DNA of 64,000 nucleotides. Source: Candidatus Hydrogenedentota bacterium (GTDB lineage: Bacteria > Hydrogenedentota > Hydrogenedentia > Hydrogenedentales > SLHB01). Each line of letters opens with the position of its first letter. Positions within the stretch are counted from its first letter, which is position 1. This document shows, piece after piece, positions 49,401 to 58,717 of this stretch. Position numbers and translations under genes: made by a program. The notes under the pieces were generated by a model. The model was not told the origin of the DNA, made no database searches, and worked only from the letters and a program-made list of their open reading frames with translations. The stretch spans positions 290,522-354,521 of the forward strand of contig CAVUWV010000018.1 in NCBI GenBank assembly GCA_963745075.1, in the 5' to 3' direction.

Positions 49401-49745
49401 GTGGACAGCGATAATGACGGAGTCGCGGACGAGTTGGAAACGAATACAGGCATTTACGGCGGGCCCGGCAACCCCGGTACCGACCCCTACGATCCGGATT
49501 CGGATGACGACGGGTTAAGCGACGGCGACGAGATCTACATATACCTCACGAATCCGCTCGACAGAGATACCGATGGGGACGGCATGCGTGACGACATTGA
49601 GATTAGCTTGGGATCCGATCCAAACGATCCCAACGATCTGCCTTTGGTGCCGCTGTGGCCCCTTCCACTCGCGGTCGTGCTACTGCTGACGGGGAGCTTC
49701 GCGGTGAGGTACCGGGTGTCAAGCAAGAAAGTGAAAGGGCGCTAA
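46422..49745 (+). CDS. ELWxxDGT-repeat surface protein with thrombospondin-3-like Ca-binding repeats and C-terminal anchor
   Basis: About 17-18 ELWxxDGT repeats, DxDxDG repeats, C-terminal hydrophobic helix and basic tail; start is 46422 or 46476. Confidence 0.93.
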   Translation: MNKGTRGSNQSVNSQHAVMTPTIGKTAVKRNRRFPAWFTPLLLVSVLALALPNSVIAQPPSLVKNIHPEQGTSQGSSPSEIVLLGSTAFFSAETDGEGRELWKSDGTSGGTTLVRDILPGTPDSDPEYFIAFNGAVYFRADGGTYGTELWKTDGTLAGTVMVKDIYPGSGGSDPSSFAISNGILFFTAINDTEGRELWRSDGTAAGTTLVKDLYAGTSGSDPRSLTDVNGTLYFAVTEPVSGIGLWQSDGTSAGTTLVRSFIVSRPEDLTNVNGTLFFEAMDDFANGFELWKSDGTPGGTVLVKDINPGSPDSYLRDLVNVDGILFFSALQGSDDQELWKSDGTTAGTVRVKDINPGPDPGFVRHLYNHNGTLFFCADSGSTGLELWKSDGTSAGTVLVRNINSSFSGFDPDQDPGFVSLGATLFYSAQDGSRGFELWKSDGTSATTSLVKDINPGSPDSDPYHGVNFGANILFTADDLIHGRELWTCNGTGAGTVMLKDVRPTWNVRHVIDMTELNGLLYFGADDFTHGGELWSSDGTPSGTNYVEDLRPGTLGSGPRNITRIGNKLFFVGYDSATGYELYCSDGTSADTGLVKDIYPGTEDGFDIPWDKGPRFTELNGMAYFGADDGTGISLWRTDGTPGGTVLVHEVFVTQGPSAALQDMVRMGDKIYFFAAPGGTGSQLWRSDGTASGTYSIEDLPSGGSELTVVGNTLFFETNGEFGIGGELFKSDGTIGGATLVTDIAPAGQSSRPQKLTEAEGLLYFTAEDGYEPYSSGGHGRELWRSDGTPAGTILVKDINPGEESSTPEEIVEAGDKVFFTAFDPVAGRELWITDGTESGTVRVKDITPGLPSSYPSSIGAIAGERGTFAMLAASDGTTGIDLWWTDGTEAGTYLLDDIAPASASSNPNSFVAIGTDVYFLANDGATGEELWIFHAGQFDADSDGIPDVIDGTGDPDGDNIPSYLDTDSDGDTIPDSVETAADADSDGIPNFLDVDSDNDGVADELETNTGIYGGPGNPGTDPYDPDSDDDGLSDGDEIYIYLTNPLDRDTDGDGMRDDIEISLGSDPNDPNDLPLVPLWPLPLAVVLLLTGSFAVRYRVSSKKVKGR

Positions 49746-49751
49746 GCCGCG

Positions 49752-50510
49752 TTAGAGTTCGATGTCCCCTGCCGACTCGACGATCGTGGTGGGTTGGTAG
49801 GGAAAGCGCCGGACGTCTTCGCGTTTGGTGACGCCGGTCAAGACCAGGATCGTCTCCATCCCCGTCTGGACCCCGGCAATGATGTCCGTGTCCATGCGGT
49901 CACCCACCATCACGGTGTGCTCGGAATGCACACCCAGGTAGTTGAGCGCGGTGCGCATCATGAGTGGGTTGGGTTTACCGATGAAGAAGGGGCTCATGCC
50001 ACTGGCGGCTTCGATGAGCGCAGCCATGGCGCCACAGGCCGGGGCCAACCCCGATTCGGTCGGCCCGGAAGGATCCGGATTGGTCGCGATGAAATGTGCG
50101 CCTGCCGCGACGAGTCGAATCGCCTTGGTGACCAATTCGAGATTGTACGTATGCGTCTCACCCAAGACCACATAATCCGGGTTGTGATCCGTGATGACAT
50201 ATCCGGCGTCGTGGATCGCGGTGGTCAGCCCGCTCTCGCCGATGACGTACGCCGTCCCCCGGTCCTGTTGGGCCTGAAGAAATCGCGCGGTCGCCATCGA
50301 CGATGTGAAAATCCGTTCGGGCGGGATTTCGAGACCCGTGATTTTCAGGCGGTGCGACAAGTCGCGCGGAGTATACAGCGGATTGTTGGTAAGGACCAGA
50401 AACTCCAACTCCTTCTCGTGCAACCGATGAATAAACGCGTCCGCCCCCGGTATGGGAGTGCGTCCGGCTATCAGCACGCCGTCCATATCGATGAGATAAT
50501 TCTTCTTCAT
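49752..50510 (-). CDS. HAD-IIA family hydrolase, NagD-like
   Basis: [27 protein letters not shown]. Confidence 0.93.
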   Translation of the reverse strand: MKKNYLIDMDGVLIAGRTPIPGADAFIHRLHEKELEFLVLTNNPLYTPRDLSHRLKITGLEIPPERIFTSSMATARFLQAQQDRGTAYVIGESGLTTAIHDAGYVITDHNPDYVVLGETHTYNLELVTKAIRLVAAGAHFIATNPDPSGPTESGLAPACGAMAALIEAASGMSPFFIGKPNPLMMRTALNYLGVHSEHTVMVGDRMDTDIIAGVQTGMETILVLTGVTKREDVRRFPYQPTTIVESAGDIEL

Positions 50511-50630
50511 GGTTCTGTCGCACACCTTATATCGGGAATCGTTTGGGCGAGGCCCCGTGAGGTTTCACGTCGAGGATCACGCCAAACTATAGCAGATTCC
50601 CCGAGCCCTTTGGAATGGCCGGACGGACGA

Positions 50631-51104
50631 TTACGGCGATTGGAGGAGGTTCAGGCCCTGCTTGTCGAATTCGGAACGCAATTCCGCCAGCAGTTCCCGC
50701 TGGTCAGGCCAGAACAGGGTTGGCAGAGCGCCTAAGGAAAACCATCCGGCCTCGGGATGCTTATCCCCTTCGATAGGAGTGAAAGACGTTTCGTCAGTTG
50801 TGTAAAGAAAGAAATGTATGGTCTTCCACTTCGTGCGCTCGTAGTTCTGGCGATCAATCGTTCCCAAGGGGCGAATCAATCGTATGTCATGCAGACCGGC
50901 CTCTTCCCCAATCTCGCGCCGGGCCGCCGATTCGATAGTCTCCCCCGGTTCGACGTGCCCTTTCGGGAGCACGAAATGCGGATGGTCCAGTTCCGTAATC
51001 AGCGCGACCACGGGGTCTTTGCCGTGCATGCGAACCACCGCGCCACCGGCTGAAACAACCTCAACCAGCCCTGCGTCGCGGAGATACCAGGAATCGTCTA
51101 TCAT
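50631..51104 (-). CDS. NUDIX hydrolase
   Basis: Nudix box GHVEPGETIESAARREIGEEAG. Confidence 0.92.
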   Translation of the reverse strand: MIDDSWYLRDAGLVEVVSAGGAVVRMHGKDPVVALITELDHPHFVLPKGHVEPGETIESAARREIGEEAGLHDIRLIRPLGTIDRQNYERTKWKTIHFFLYTTDETSFTPIEGDKHPEAGWFSLGALPTLFWPDQRELLAELRSEFDKQGLNLLQSP

Positions 51105-51213
51105 GTGTCACCGTCTTTCATCGATTGATAATCAGGTCTCTGGAATGATATGCACAGCGGCAACGATAGGTCCACCGAATCCCGATATCGGATGAGTAAC
51201 GGTTTACGCGCAC

Positions 51214-52905
51214 GTGACACAATCAGTTTCTAACAAATCGTGGCGCCTGTACGGCGGAGCGCTGATCTGCGCGCTCACGCCGGTTCTGTGCCTGCTTCCG
51301 TTTCTGACACGCGCGTTTCACATCGACGACCCCCTATTCCTTTGGACGGCGAACCACATCCAGTCCCACCCGTTGGACTTCTACGGGTTCGACGTGAATT
51401 GGGACGGGTTCGTCAAGACCATGGCGCACGAAAACAAGAACCCACCCTTGGCATCCTATTACCTGGCCTTAGTGGCGTCGCTTTTCGGTTGGAGCGAACC
51501 GGCGCTCCATGCGGGTTTCCTCTTGCCGGCCGCTGCGCTCGGGCTGGGCACGTTCTTCCTTGCCCGGCGACTTTGCGCCCGGGCCGTTTCCGCGACCCTC
51601 ATTTCGGTTTTCACGCCGGCGCTGCTCGTCTCCGCATCCAGCGTCATGTCAGACGTGCCGATGCTGGCCTTGTTCGTGTGGTCCGTCGTGTTGTGGTTGC
51701 GCGGAATCGAAAGTGAAAACGGCAAATGGTTGTTCGCTGCGGGGTTTCTGATCGCGGTTACCGCACTGACCAAGTACTTCGGGCTCGCGCTCGTCCCGCT
51801 GCTCGCTGTCTACACCATTCTGCGCACGCGAAAGATGGGGTCGTGGATGGCCGCGCTTTCGGTGCCGATACTGATCATCGCCTTATACGAATCCTTCATG
51901 TGGGCCCATTACGGGACGGGCGGACTCTTCAATGCCGCCGAATACGCCGGTGAGAGTCAATCTCTTGCAGGGCGGCTGACCTCCACCTTAACCGGCTTGG
52001 CGTTTATGGGCGGCTGCTTGGCGTCCGTGGCGTTCTACCTGCCGCTGCTGCGCGTGCGATTCCTGCTACCGCTGGTGGCAACGATCGCCATCGCAATGAT
52101 TGCGATACTTGTTCTCCTACCCGGAACCCGAACGCTTCTCGGCGCGAACGGGATTGAATTGAGTTGGCCCGTCACGATTCAAGTTGCACTGTTCGCCGCC
52201 GCAGGATCGATCGTTCCCGCGCTTGCCGTGTCGGATTTGTGGCGGCGCCGGGACGCGGAATCCACCCTCCTTTTCCTGTGGGTCTTCGGCACGTTCCTTT
52301 TCTCCGCATATCTCAATTGGTCGGTAACCGTGCGAACGCTCCTGCCCATGGTCCCCGCTGCGGGGATACTCGTCGTACGCCGGCTGGAAACCCTACAGGC
52401 CGATGGCGCGCGAATTGCCCCCTGGAAATGGTATGCACCGCTCGTTCCGGCGCTCGTCCTGGCCATGGCGGTCGCGTGGGCCGATGCCAAACTCGCAAAC
52501 TCCGCGAGGGTCGCCGCGCAACAGTTTGGCGCGGAGATGGTGCATTATCCCTTCAGCACGTACTTCCAGGGGCACTGGGGCTTTCAATACTACATGGAAG
52601 CGGAAGGCGGGAAGGCGGTTCGGTACGGAAAGACCGACTTTCAACGCGGTGATGCCATCATTAATCCTTTGAACAATACCAGTGTCTGGCCGATCGACGA
52701 ATCCCTGGTCGGCGGCCGTTTCTCGGGAGACTTTCAAGGCCCGCGCGACCTGACAACGATGAGCCATAGCTGTGGCGCGGGGTTCTACACGGACTTGTGG
52801 GGACCGTTGCCGTTTGTCTTTGGCTCGGTTCCGCCGGAGCGCTATGTCACGGTCGTGCTGAATGGCGCAGGCACGCCGTTTCTGAATGTGGAGTACCATG
52901 AGTGA
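51214..52905 (+). CDS. GT-C fold glycosyltransferase (ArnT/GT39-GT83-like)
   Basis: HIDD acidic loop motif, NPPL, SDVP, LTKY; many TM helices. Confidence 0.85.
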   Translation: MTQSVSNKSWRLYGGALICALTPVLCLLPFLTRAFHIDDPLFLWTANHIQSHPLDFYGFDVNWDGFVKTMAHENKNPPLASYYLALVASLFGWSEPALHAGFLLPAAALGLGTFFLARRLCARAVSATLISVFTPALLVSASSVMSDVPMLALFVWSVVLWLRGIESENGKWLFAAGFLIAVTALTKYFGLALVPLLAVYTILRTRKMGSWMAALSVPILIIALYESFMWAHYGTGGLFNAAEYAGESQSLAGRLTSTLTGLAFMGGCLASVAFYLPLLRVRFLLPLVATIAIAMIAILVLLPGTRTLLGANGIELSWPVTIQVALFAAAGSIVPALAVSDLWRRRDAESTLLFLWVFGTFLFSAYLNWSVTVRTLLPMVPAAGILVVRRLETLQADGARIAPWKWYAPLVPALVLAMAVAWADAKLANSARVAAQQFGAEMVHYPFSTYFQGHWGFQYYMEAEGGKAVRYGKTDFQRGDAIINPLNNTSVWPIDESLVGGRFSGDFQGPRDLTTMSHSCGAGFYTDLWGPLPFVFGSVPPERYVTVVLNGAGTPFLNVEYHE

Positions 52906-54565
52906 CCGGATAGGGCCGACGAACGTCGATTTCGTGGATCGGGGACGCGCCGGCTGGTCTCAGTCTACCCTCTTGGTTGTCGCCCTGGTCGGCCTTTCGA
53001 CGGTAGTTGGCGCGGCGCTGCGTTGGCACGAAATCGACGCCAGTCTCTGGCTTGACGAAGCCCTGACCCACGAAGGAGCCAGTCAAAGCATCTTCGTCGC
53101 CATCGCGCACCGGCTCTACCCGCTCTACTATGTCCTCGCCAACCTTGCCCTACGCTTCGACGACACGGAAACGGCCCTGCGCTTCCCCAGCTTCGTCGCG
53201 GGAGTGCTGACGATTCCCGCGATCTACGTGCTCGGCTCCCTCGCGGGCGGCCGGTATGTGGGGCTCGTTTCCGCGCTGTTACTGTCGTTTAACGTCTACC
53301 ACATCCGCTACAGTCAAGAGGCACGCTTCTACGCGTTGGTCATGCTGGGCAGCGTCATCATGACCTGGATGCTGTATCGCGCACTCACGCGCGGCGGAAA
53401 GCGGTATTGGGCTGGTTTTGTAGTAGCCGCGTTCCTCTCGCTGCTCAGTCAGGTCAGCGTAGCGCCATTCTTCGCTTCCCTCGTTGCCGGCGCCGGCGGA
53501 TGGATCGTCGCCCATGGCTCGAAAGGCACGAAACGAGTCGTCTTTCGCAAACTTGTGGTCCTGGGTCTGGCAGCCCTCGCAGCGTCACCCGGTCCGCTCA
53601 TCATGACCTTCGTCAACGGGACTATGATAAATGAATACCTTGCGCTCGATCGGGATGGGGGCGAATCGAATGCGGATGCCGAGGACGCTTCCCCGGTCTT
53701 TCAACTCACCGTACCCCAGTATGCCCGCTATATACTGGACTTTACCCCATCCGAGCCCGAAGCAATGCGTTACGGGTACGCGATTCTCGCCATTGCGGGG
53801 ATGGTTGTGCTGTGCACTCGTCAACGGTGTTTCGCTGTGCTCATTGGATCGCAATTTATCCTCGCCCCCATTCCCTATTTGCTGATTCATACGAGCCATT
53901 GGTTCGCCTCCCGGTACTTCTGCAGCCTCACGCCGCTGTATTTAATCTTGATCGGCGTGGGAATCGTCGCTTGGGCGAAGTTCTGCCAGCGCACCCTTCG
54001 GCGCGTCAGACGTGGTTCTGTACAGGACGAGCCGGCGACGCCAACGCCAAAGGACTCGATGACACGCGGCGGGATTGTCGTACTCGCGCTGACGCTGCTG
54101 ACGCTGGCTCCGTTCCAGACCCTGGCGATTGCCCGGTACTACGATCGCAGACCAACCACGGACTGGAAAGGGCTCGCCGCGTTCCTGGCGCAGCACATTC
54201 AACCCAAGGATACCGTCGTGCTTCTTACGCCCGAGCTTCGCGACGCGCAACAACCCATCGGGGTCTTCCTGGTTCCGCTTGACTACTATCTTCTGTCCAG
54301 CCTGGCAAGGACCTATCCGGATCATCGCTACGCCGTCATGGGATCGCTTCGTTTCACCGGAGTCGATTCCGTCGAGGACTTGCGTGCCTTGACCCACGGG
54401 AAAACCTCCCCCCGCGTATGGTTCATCATGCGCAATGAACGGACCCTTCCCAACGGGTACGCGGGCGTGTTGCATCGAGCCGGTATCTCGGAAGAGACCC
54501 GGTTCGGCAAGATCATGGTGCGCTGCCGCCCGGAGTCCATACCCGAGGTATCCGCGAAAAGGTGA
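52898..54565 (+). CDS. GT-C fold glycosyltransferase (GT39/PMT_2-like)
   Basis: SLWLDE, YPLYY, LRFPS, YSQEARFYAL, DWK; overlaps the upstream gene. Confidence 0.87.
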   Translation: MSDRIGPTNVDFVDRGRAGWSQSTLLVVALVGLSTVVGAALRWHEIDASLWLDEALTHEGASQSIFVAIAHRLYPLYYVLANLALRFDDTETALRFPSFVAGVLTIPAIYVLGSLAGGRYVGLVSALLLSFNVYHIRYSQEARFYALVMLGSVIMTWMLYRALTRGGKRYWAGFVVAAFLSLLSQVSVAPFFASLVAGAGGWIVAHGSKGTKRVVFRKLVVLGLAALAASPGPLIMTFVNGTMINEYLALDRDGGESNADAEDASPVFQLTVPQYARYILDFTPSEPEAMRYGYAILAIAGMVVLCTRQRCFAVLIGSQFILAPIPYLLIHTSHWFASRYFCSLTPLYLILIGVGIVAWAKFCQRTLRRVRRGSVQDEPATPTPKDSMTRGGIVVLALTLLTLAPFQTLAIARYYDRRPTTDWKGLAAFLAQHIQPKDTVVLLTPELRDAQQPIGVFLVPLDYYLLSSLARTYPDHRYAVMGSLRFTGVDSVEDLRALTHGKTSPRVWFIMRNERTLPNGYAGVLHRAGISEETRFGKIMVRCRPESIPEVSAKR

Positions 54566-54635
54566 ATCCAGCGGCACGACCGGGCTACTATGAACCGGGG
54601 TAAGGCCGAGGGACTTCTCGCGGATTGGAGGTTGC

Positions 54636-55421
54636 ATGGAAGTGATCATCCGGCCCGATGCGGACGCAACGACCAACCTCGCGGCCCGGGTCATCGAGCG
54701 CGAAATCCGCCTGAAACCCAAGCTGGTGCTGGGACTCGCTACCGGACGGACCATGGAACGGCTCTATCGGCATCTCGTGGAAATGCATCAGAAAGAAGAC
54801 CTCGACTTCTCGCTGGTCACAACGTTCAATCTCGACGAATACATCGGGTTGCCGCTCGACCACCCGCAATCCTACCGCCATTACATGAACCATCACCTCT
54901 TCGACCACGTCAACATCGACATCCGCAACACGAACCTGCCGGACGGCATGGCGGCGGATATCGATGGGGAATGCGAACGGTACGAACAGGCGATTCGCGA
55001 TTGCGGCGGAATCGACTTGCAGGTCTTGGGGATTGGGCGTTCCGGTCACATCGGGTTCAACGAGCCCTTGTCCGCCATGTTGTCGCGGACCCGCGCCAAG
55101 GCCCTCACCCCCACCACCATCGAACAGAATGCCCCCTTGTTCGACAATCCAAAACAAATGCCGAAACGCGCCATCACCATGGGCGTGGGCACGATACTCG
55201 ATTCCAGGCACTGTCTCATGGTGGCCACCGGCGGCGAAAAGGCGGGCATCGTTGCTACTGCCGTCGAAGGCCCGGTCACGAGCATGATTTCCGCCTCCGC
55301 GCTCCAGTTGCACCCGGACTGCCGAGTGCTTGTCGATGAAGCCGCCGCCACGGAACTTCAGAATCAAGAGTATTACCGCTGGATTTTTGAAAATGAACCC
55401 GAGTGGCAGGAGTTTCGCTGA
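54636..55421 (+). CDS. nagB: Glucosamine-6-phosphate deaminase
   Basis: LGLATG, FNLDEY, GIGRSGHIGFNEP, AITMG, SALQLH. Confidence 0.96.
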   Translation: MEVIIRPDADATTNLAARVIEREIRLKPKLVLGLATGRTMERLYRHLVEMHQKEDLDFSLVTTFNLDEYIGLPLDHPQSYRHYMNHHLFDHVNIDIRNTNLPDGMAADIDGECERYEQAIRDCGGIDLQVLGIGRSGHIGFNEPLSAMLSRTRAKALTPTTIEQNAPLFDNPKQMPKRAITMGVGTILDSRHCLMVATGGEKAGIVATAVEGPVTSMISASALQLHPDCRVLVDEAAATELQNQEYYRWIFENEPEWQEFR

Positions 55422-55469
55422 AAGAACGGGCGAAACGCGCCCGCTTCAAAACCAAGGGGGAACCAGACA

Positions 55470-55739
55470 ATGCCGGACGATCTCGCCAGCAGTTTTCAGC
55501 AAGCCGCGGACGACGTAACCAAGCTTTCCCAGGCGCCCGATAGCGATGCAATGCTGCGACTGTACGCATTGTACAAACAGGCCACCCAGGGCGATTGCGC
55601 CGGCGACCGGCCCGGGCTCATGGATTTCGTGCGTCGAGCCAAATTCGACGCATGGAAGGCACTCGCGGGAACGTCTCAACAAGGCGCCATGCGAGAATAC
55701 GTGGCATTTGTCGAACAACTCAAAGCAGCGGATGGCTGA
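55470..55739 (+). CDS. Acyl-CoA-binding protein (ACBP)
   Basis: LRLYALYKQATQGD, AKFDAW, AMREYV. Confidence 0.95.
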   Translation: MPDDLASSFQQAADDVTKLSQAPDSDAMLRLYALYKQATQGDCAGDRPGLMDFVRRAKFDAWKALAGTSQQGAMREYVAFVEQLKAADG

Positions 55740-55878
55740 CTCCCGCTTCTTTTACCGAAAACCACCGTCCGCTTCCGATGTTTATCGTGGTCCCCAGAAC
55801 GTGAACTCTATATTCCCGGTTGACCTTTGCACCTGATTTGGAGACTATAGGCGCTCAAAACGACACGGGAGGGAACGC

Positions 55879-56337
55879 ATGGCGCCACGGGAAGTGCAGT
55901 ATGCCGACATCAAATCACTGGTCGGGGAAGAAATCGGGGTTTCCGATTGGTACGAAGTCACACAGGATGAGATCAACGCGTTCGCGAAGGCCACACACGA
56001 CGAGCAATGGATCCACGTCGACGTTGAACGCGCCAAGAAGGAGTCGCCGTTCGGAGGTCCCATCGCCCATGGGTATTACACGCTCGCCCTGGTTCCACAC
56101 CTGATGGATAACGTCTGGACCGTGAAGGGGATTTCCGCCGCCCTCAATTACGGACTTAATCGATTGCGGTTCCCTGCACCCGTTCTGATTGGCACTAGAA
56201 TTCGCTTGCGGGCGAAATTGAACAGCGCCGACGATGTGCCCGGCGGCATTCAAGTCGTTATGCACCTGACCATGGAGTTGGAGAACGGCAGCAAGCCGGC
56301 CTGCGTTGCCGAGGGCGTCTTCCGCTACTACGGGTAG
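55879..56337 (+). CDS. MaoC family dehydratase (R-specific enoyl-CoA hydratase-like)
   Basis: FAKATHDEQWIHVD, IAHG, NYGLNRLRFPAPV. Confidence 0.94.
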   Translation: MAPREVQYADIKSLVGEEIGVSDWYEVTQDEINAFAKATHDEQWIHVDVERAKKESPFGGPIAHGYYTLALVPHLMDNVWTVKGISAALNYGLNRLRFPAPVLIGTRIRLRAKLNSADDVPGGIQVVMHLTMELENGSKPACVAEGVFRYYG

Positions 56338-56356
56338 GCTAATCACGCCGTGCGAC

Positions 56357-57220
56357 CTACGCTCCGCCGCGCTTGATGAAGGCCATGATCAACCCATCGA
56401 CCCATCGTGCCGGCAATAGTTCCAAAGCCAGACGAATCCGCGCGTCAAACCCCACCAGATACCGGGTGCGCGGCCGTGCCGACGTCAGGGCATGCACTAC
56501 GGCTCGAACCACAATCTCGGGCGAAGCAGCATTCTGAGACATGCGAACCGCCGTCTTGCGCGCAGCCGACATGATGGGACCATACAGTTCGTGTGCCCGT
56601 GGCGGAAGCGCCTTGAGCATTTCATCGGCGATCCCCAGCGATTTTTCCCAAATGGGCGTTGCAATGTCGCCCGGTTCGACCACCGACACGGGAATGTCCC
56701 AGGCCCGCAGCTCCATGCGTAACACGTCGGTAATCGCCTCGATGGCATGCTTCGAGGCGCCGTACGCGCCCTGAAACGGCGTTACCGCCTTCCCGTCGAT
56801 GCTGCCTATCATCACGATCCGGCCGTGACCTTTCCGAATTAGCGGTAAGAACGCCTGCGTGACCGCGACCGGCCCGACGACGTTCACCTCGAGCTGACGC
56901 CGGAGCCGGTCAATCGGCAGGAACTCCAGGGGTCCAGGAATATCCACTCCGGCGTTGTTGACGAGTCCTTGTAGCCCCAATTCGCCGCACGCGTCGAAAA
57001 CGCGCTCCGCGGCGCGGGTTATGGAGTCGGCATCCGTTACATCCAGCGGGATCGGTACCAGCCCGTCAGCGCCTTCCGACTCGATGGATTGCCGGCCCTC
57101 TTCGGTTTGATAGGTGGCGAAGACGCGGCACCCGTCCGCTGCAAATCGCATGGCGCACGCATAGCCGATTCCTGAAGAGGCCCCCGTAATAAGGATGGAC
57201 CCCGCAGCGTCAGACGACAC
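56357..57220 (-). CDS. SDR family oxidoreductase
   Basis: TGASSGIG, VNNAG, YGASK; GTG start overlapping the upstream gene. Confidence 0.94.
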   Translation of the reverse strand: MSSDAAGSILITGASSGIGYACAMRFAADGCRVFATYQTEEGRQSIESEGADGLVPIPLDVTDADSITRAAERVFDACGELGLQGLVNNAGVDIPGPLEFLPIDRLRRQLEVNVVGPVAVTQAFLPLIRKGHGRIVMIGSIDGKAVTPFQGAYGASKHAIEAITDVLRMELRAWDIPVSVVEPGDIATPIWEKSLGIADEMLKALPPRAHELYGPIMSAARKTAVRMSQNAASPEIVVRAVVHALTSARPRTRYLVGFDARIRLALELLPARWVDGLIMAFIKRGGA

Positions 57221-58379
57221 GGCTCAGTACCTCCTTGACCCGGTCGAATTCTTCCGGGGTGTTATAGAAATGGGGCGAAAACCGGAGGAACGACTCCCCC
57301 GTCCGGTTCTGACGGCAAGAAGCGGTGATGCGTTCGGATTCCAGGATGCGGGCAACATCTTTCAAATCGAGACCCGGATGCGACACGGTGACAATCCCCG
57401 ATTGTGACGTCACGGTATCGGTCTCCGCCGCGCCGTACACCGTGAAGCCCAAAGGCAGGAGGCGCTCGAGCAGTGCTTGCCTCAGCTCAAGGATACGATT
57501 GGCAACCCGATCGATTCCGCAGTCCAGCAGCAATCGCAAGGCAGCCGCCATGCCGATGATTCCGGGCAGGTTCAGCATGCCGGGTTCGTACCGGCGGCCT
57601 CCGGACTCGAAGGCAATGCTGTCCTGCGCCACGAAATCGGGAGATTGCACGTTCCAACTCCCCAGGAGCGAAGGACGGACGAGTTCCTTGGACTCCTCCC
57701 TGATGTATACGATCCCCGCCCCGGCAGGACCCAACATCCACTTGTGCGAATCGGCGCTCAGAAAATCCACGTGCTCCATCGATAACGGGAATGCGCCCAA
57801 GGTCTGGATTCCGTCCAGACAGAGCAGAATGCCGCGTTCCTTGAGCCGGGGTCCAATATCGTCGATATCCACCCGGTAGCCGCTGAGGAAGTTGCAGGTC
57901 GCCAGCGTGACCAGGCGGGTCCTGCTGGACAGCGCCGCTTCGACGGTGTCCCAGTTAATGGCCCCCGGCCGTTCGGGACGCAGACATACGGGCCGCACGC
58001 CGCGACGCTCCAACTCGGTCCACGGGTATACATTGGCGGGATAGTCGTCCCGGTAATAGACCACCTCCTCGCCCGGCTTCCAGTCAATCCCGTTCGCGAC
58101 CAGGCTTAGCCCGAGCGCCGTGGGACCCAGCAAGGCGATTTCGTCTGAAGAACAGCCCAAGAGTTCCGCTGCCGATTGTCGCGCGGCCAGGACTCGGCCG
58201 TTCGCCCAGCTATTCTCTTGGGCATGCTTGGACCCCCGGTCGCAGAATTCCGCCATGGCGTCACAGGCGACACGTGGCAAGGGCGCCACGCCGGCGTGGG
58301 CCAGAAAGACCCGCTCTGCTGTAACCGGAAACGCACGATTTCGCGCCTCCTCCGACGATACGAGTTCTTCGATTGTCAT
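57210..58379 (-). CDS. PLP-dependent aminotransferase class V (cysteine-desulfurase-like fold)
   Basis: DGIQTLG, SADSHKWMLGP, RYEPG, LRFSPHFYN. Confidence 0.92.
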   Translation of the reverse strand: MTIEELVSSEEARNRAFPVTAERVFLAHAGVAPLPRVACDAMAEFCDRGSKHAQENSWANGRVLAARQSAAELLGCSSDEIALLGPTALGLSLVANGIDWKPGEEVVYYRDDYPANVYPWTELERRGVRPVCLRPERPGAINWDTVEAALSSRTRLVTLATCNFLSGYRVDIDDIGPRLKERGILLCLDGIQTLGAFPLSMEHVDFLSADSHKWMLGPAGAGIVYIREESKELVRPSLLGSWNVQSPDFVAQDSIAFESGGRRYEPGMLNLPGIIGMAAALRLLLDCGIDRVANRILELRQALLERLLPLGFTVYGAAETDTVTSQSGIVTVSHPGLDLKDVARILESERITASCRQNRTGESFLRFSPHFYNTPEEFDRVKEVLSRVV

Positions 58380-58546
58380 GCGCTCGATTCCCTGTTTCCG
58401 TTGACGCATCGGAAGACGATGCGCGTTTCAGCCAAGCATACATTTGTGCATAAAATAGTTTACAAAAATAATTACCCCGACCGTAACGACAATCTGCGAT
58501 CACTGGCCCAAAATCGTCGACGCAAAATGGAACAGAGTAAATCCAT

Positions 58547-58564
58547 TGAAACATTAGTGTTTCA
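58547..58564. promoter_or_regulatory. Palindromic operator-like site in an AT-rich spacer
   Basis: TGAAACA-ttag-TGTTTCA. Confidence 0.4.
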
Positions 58565-58717
58565 CGTACGTTCTATATCTTGTATACACGATCTATGAAA
58601 CAAAGAAATCGGAACTATAAACCGCGATGACAGATCATGTAAAGGCGATTCAATTCAGCCACCAGCAATTTGCCTATGATCGATTTGTTCAATTAGCGCG
58701 ATCATGTAAACTAAAGA

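Noticed and set aside
50532..50601. Long hairpin upstream of the NagD-like gene as a riboswitch
   Set aside because: It contains a minus-strand extended -10 (TGcTATAGT), so the outer stem would not be transcribed; no known motif recognised.
57210..58379. Calling the class V enzyme SufS/IscS
   Set aside because: The catalytic Cys loop (RxGHHCA or SSGSACT) is absent.
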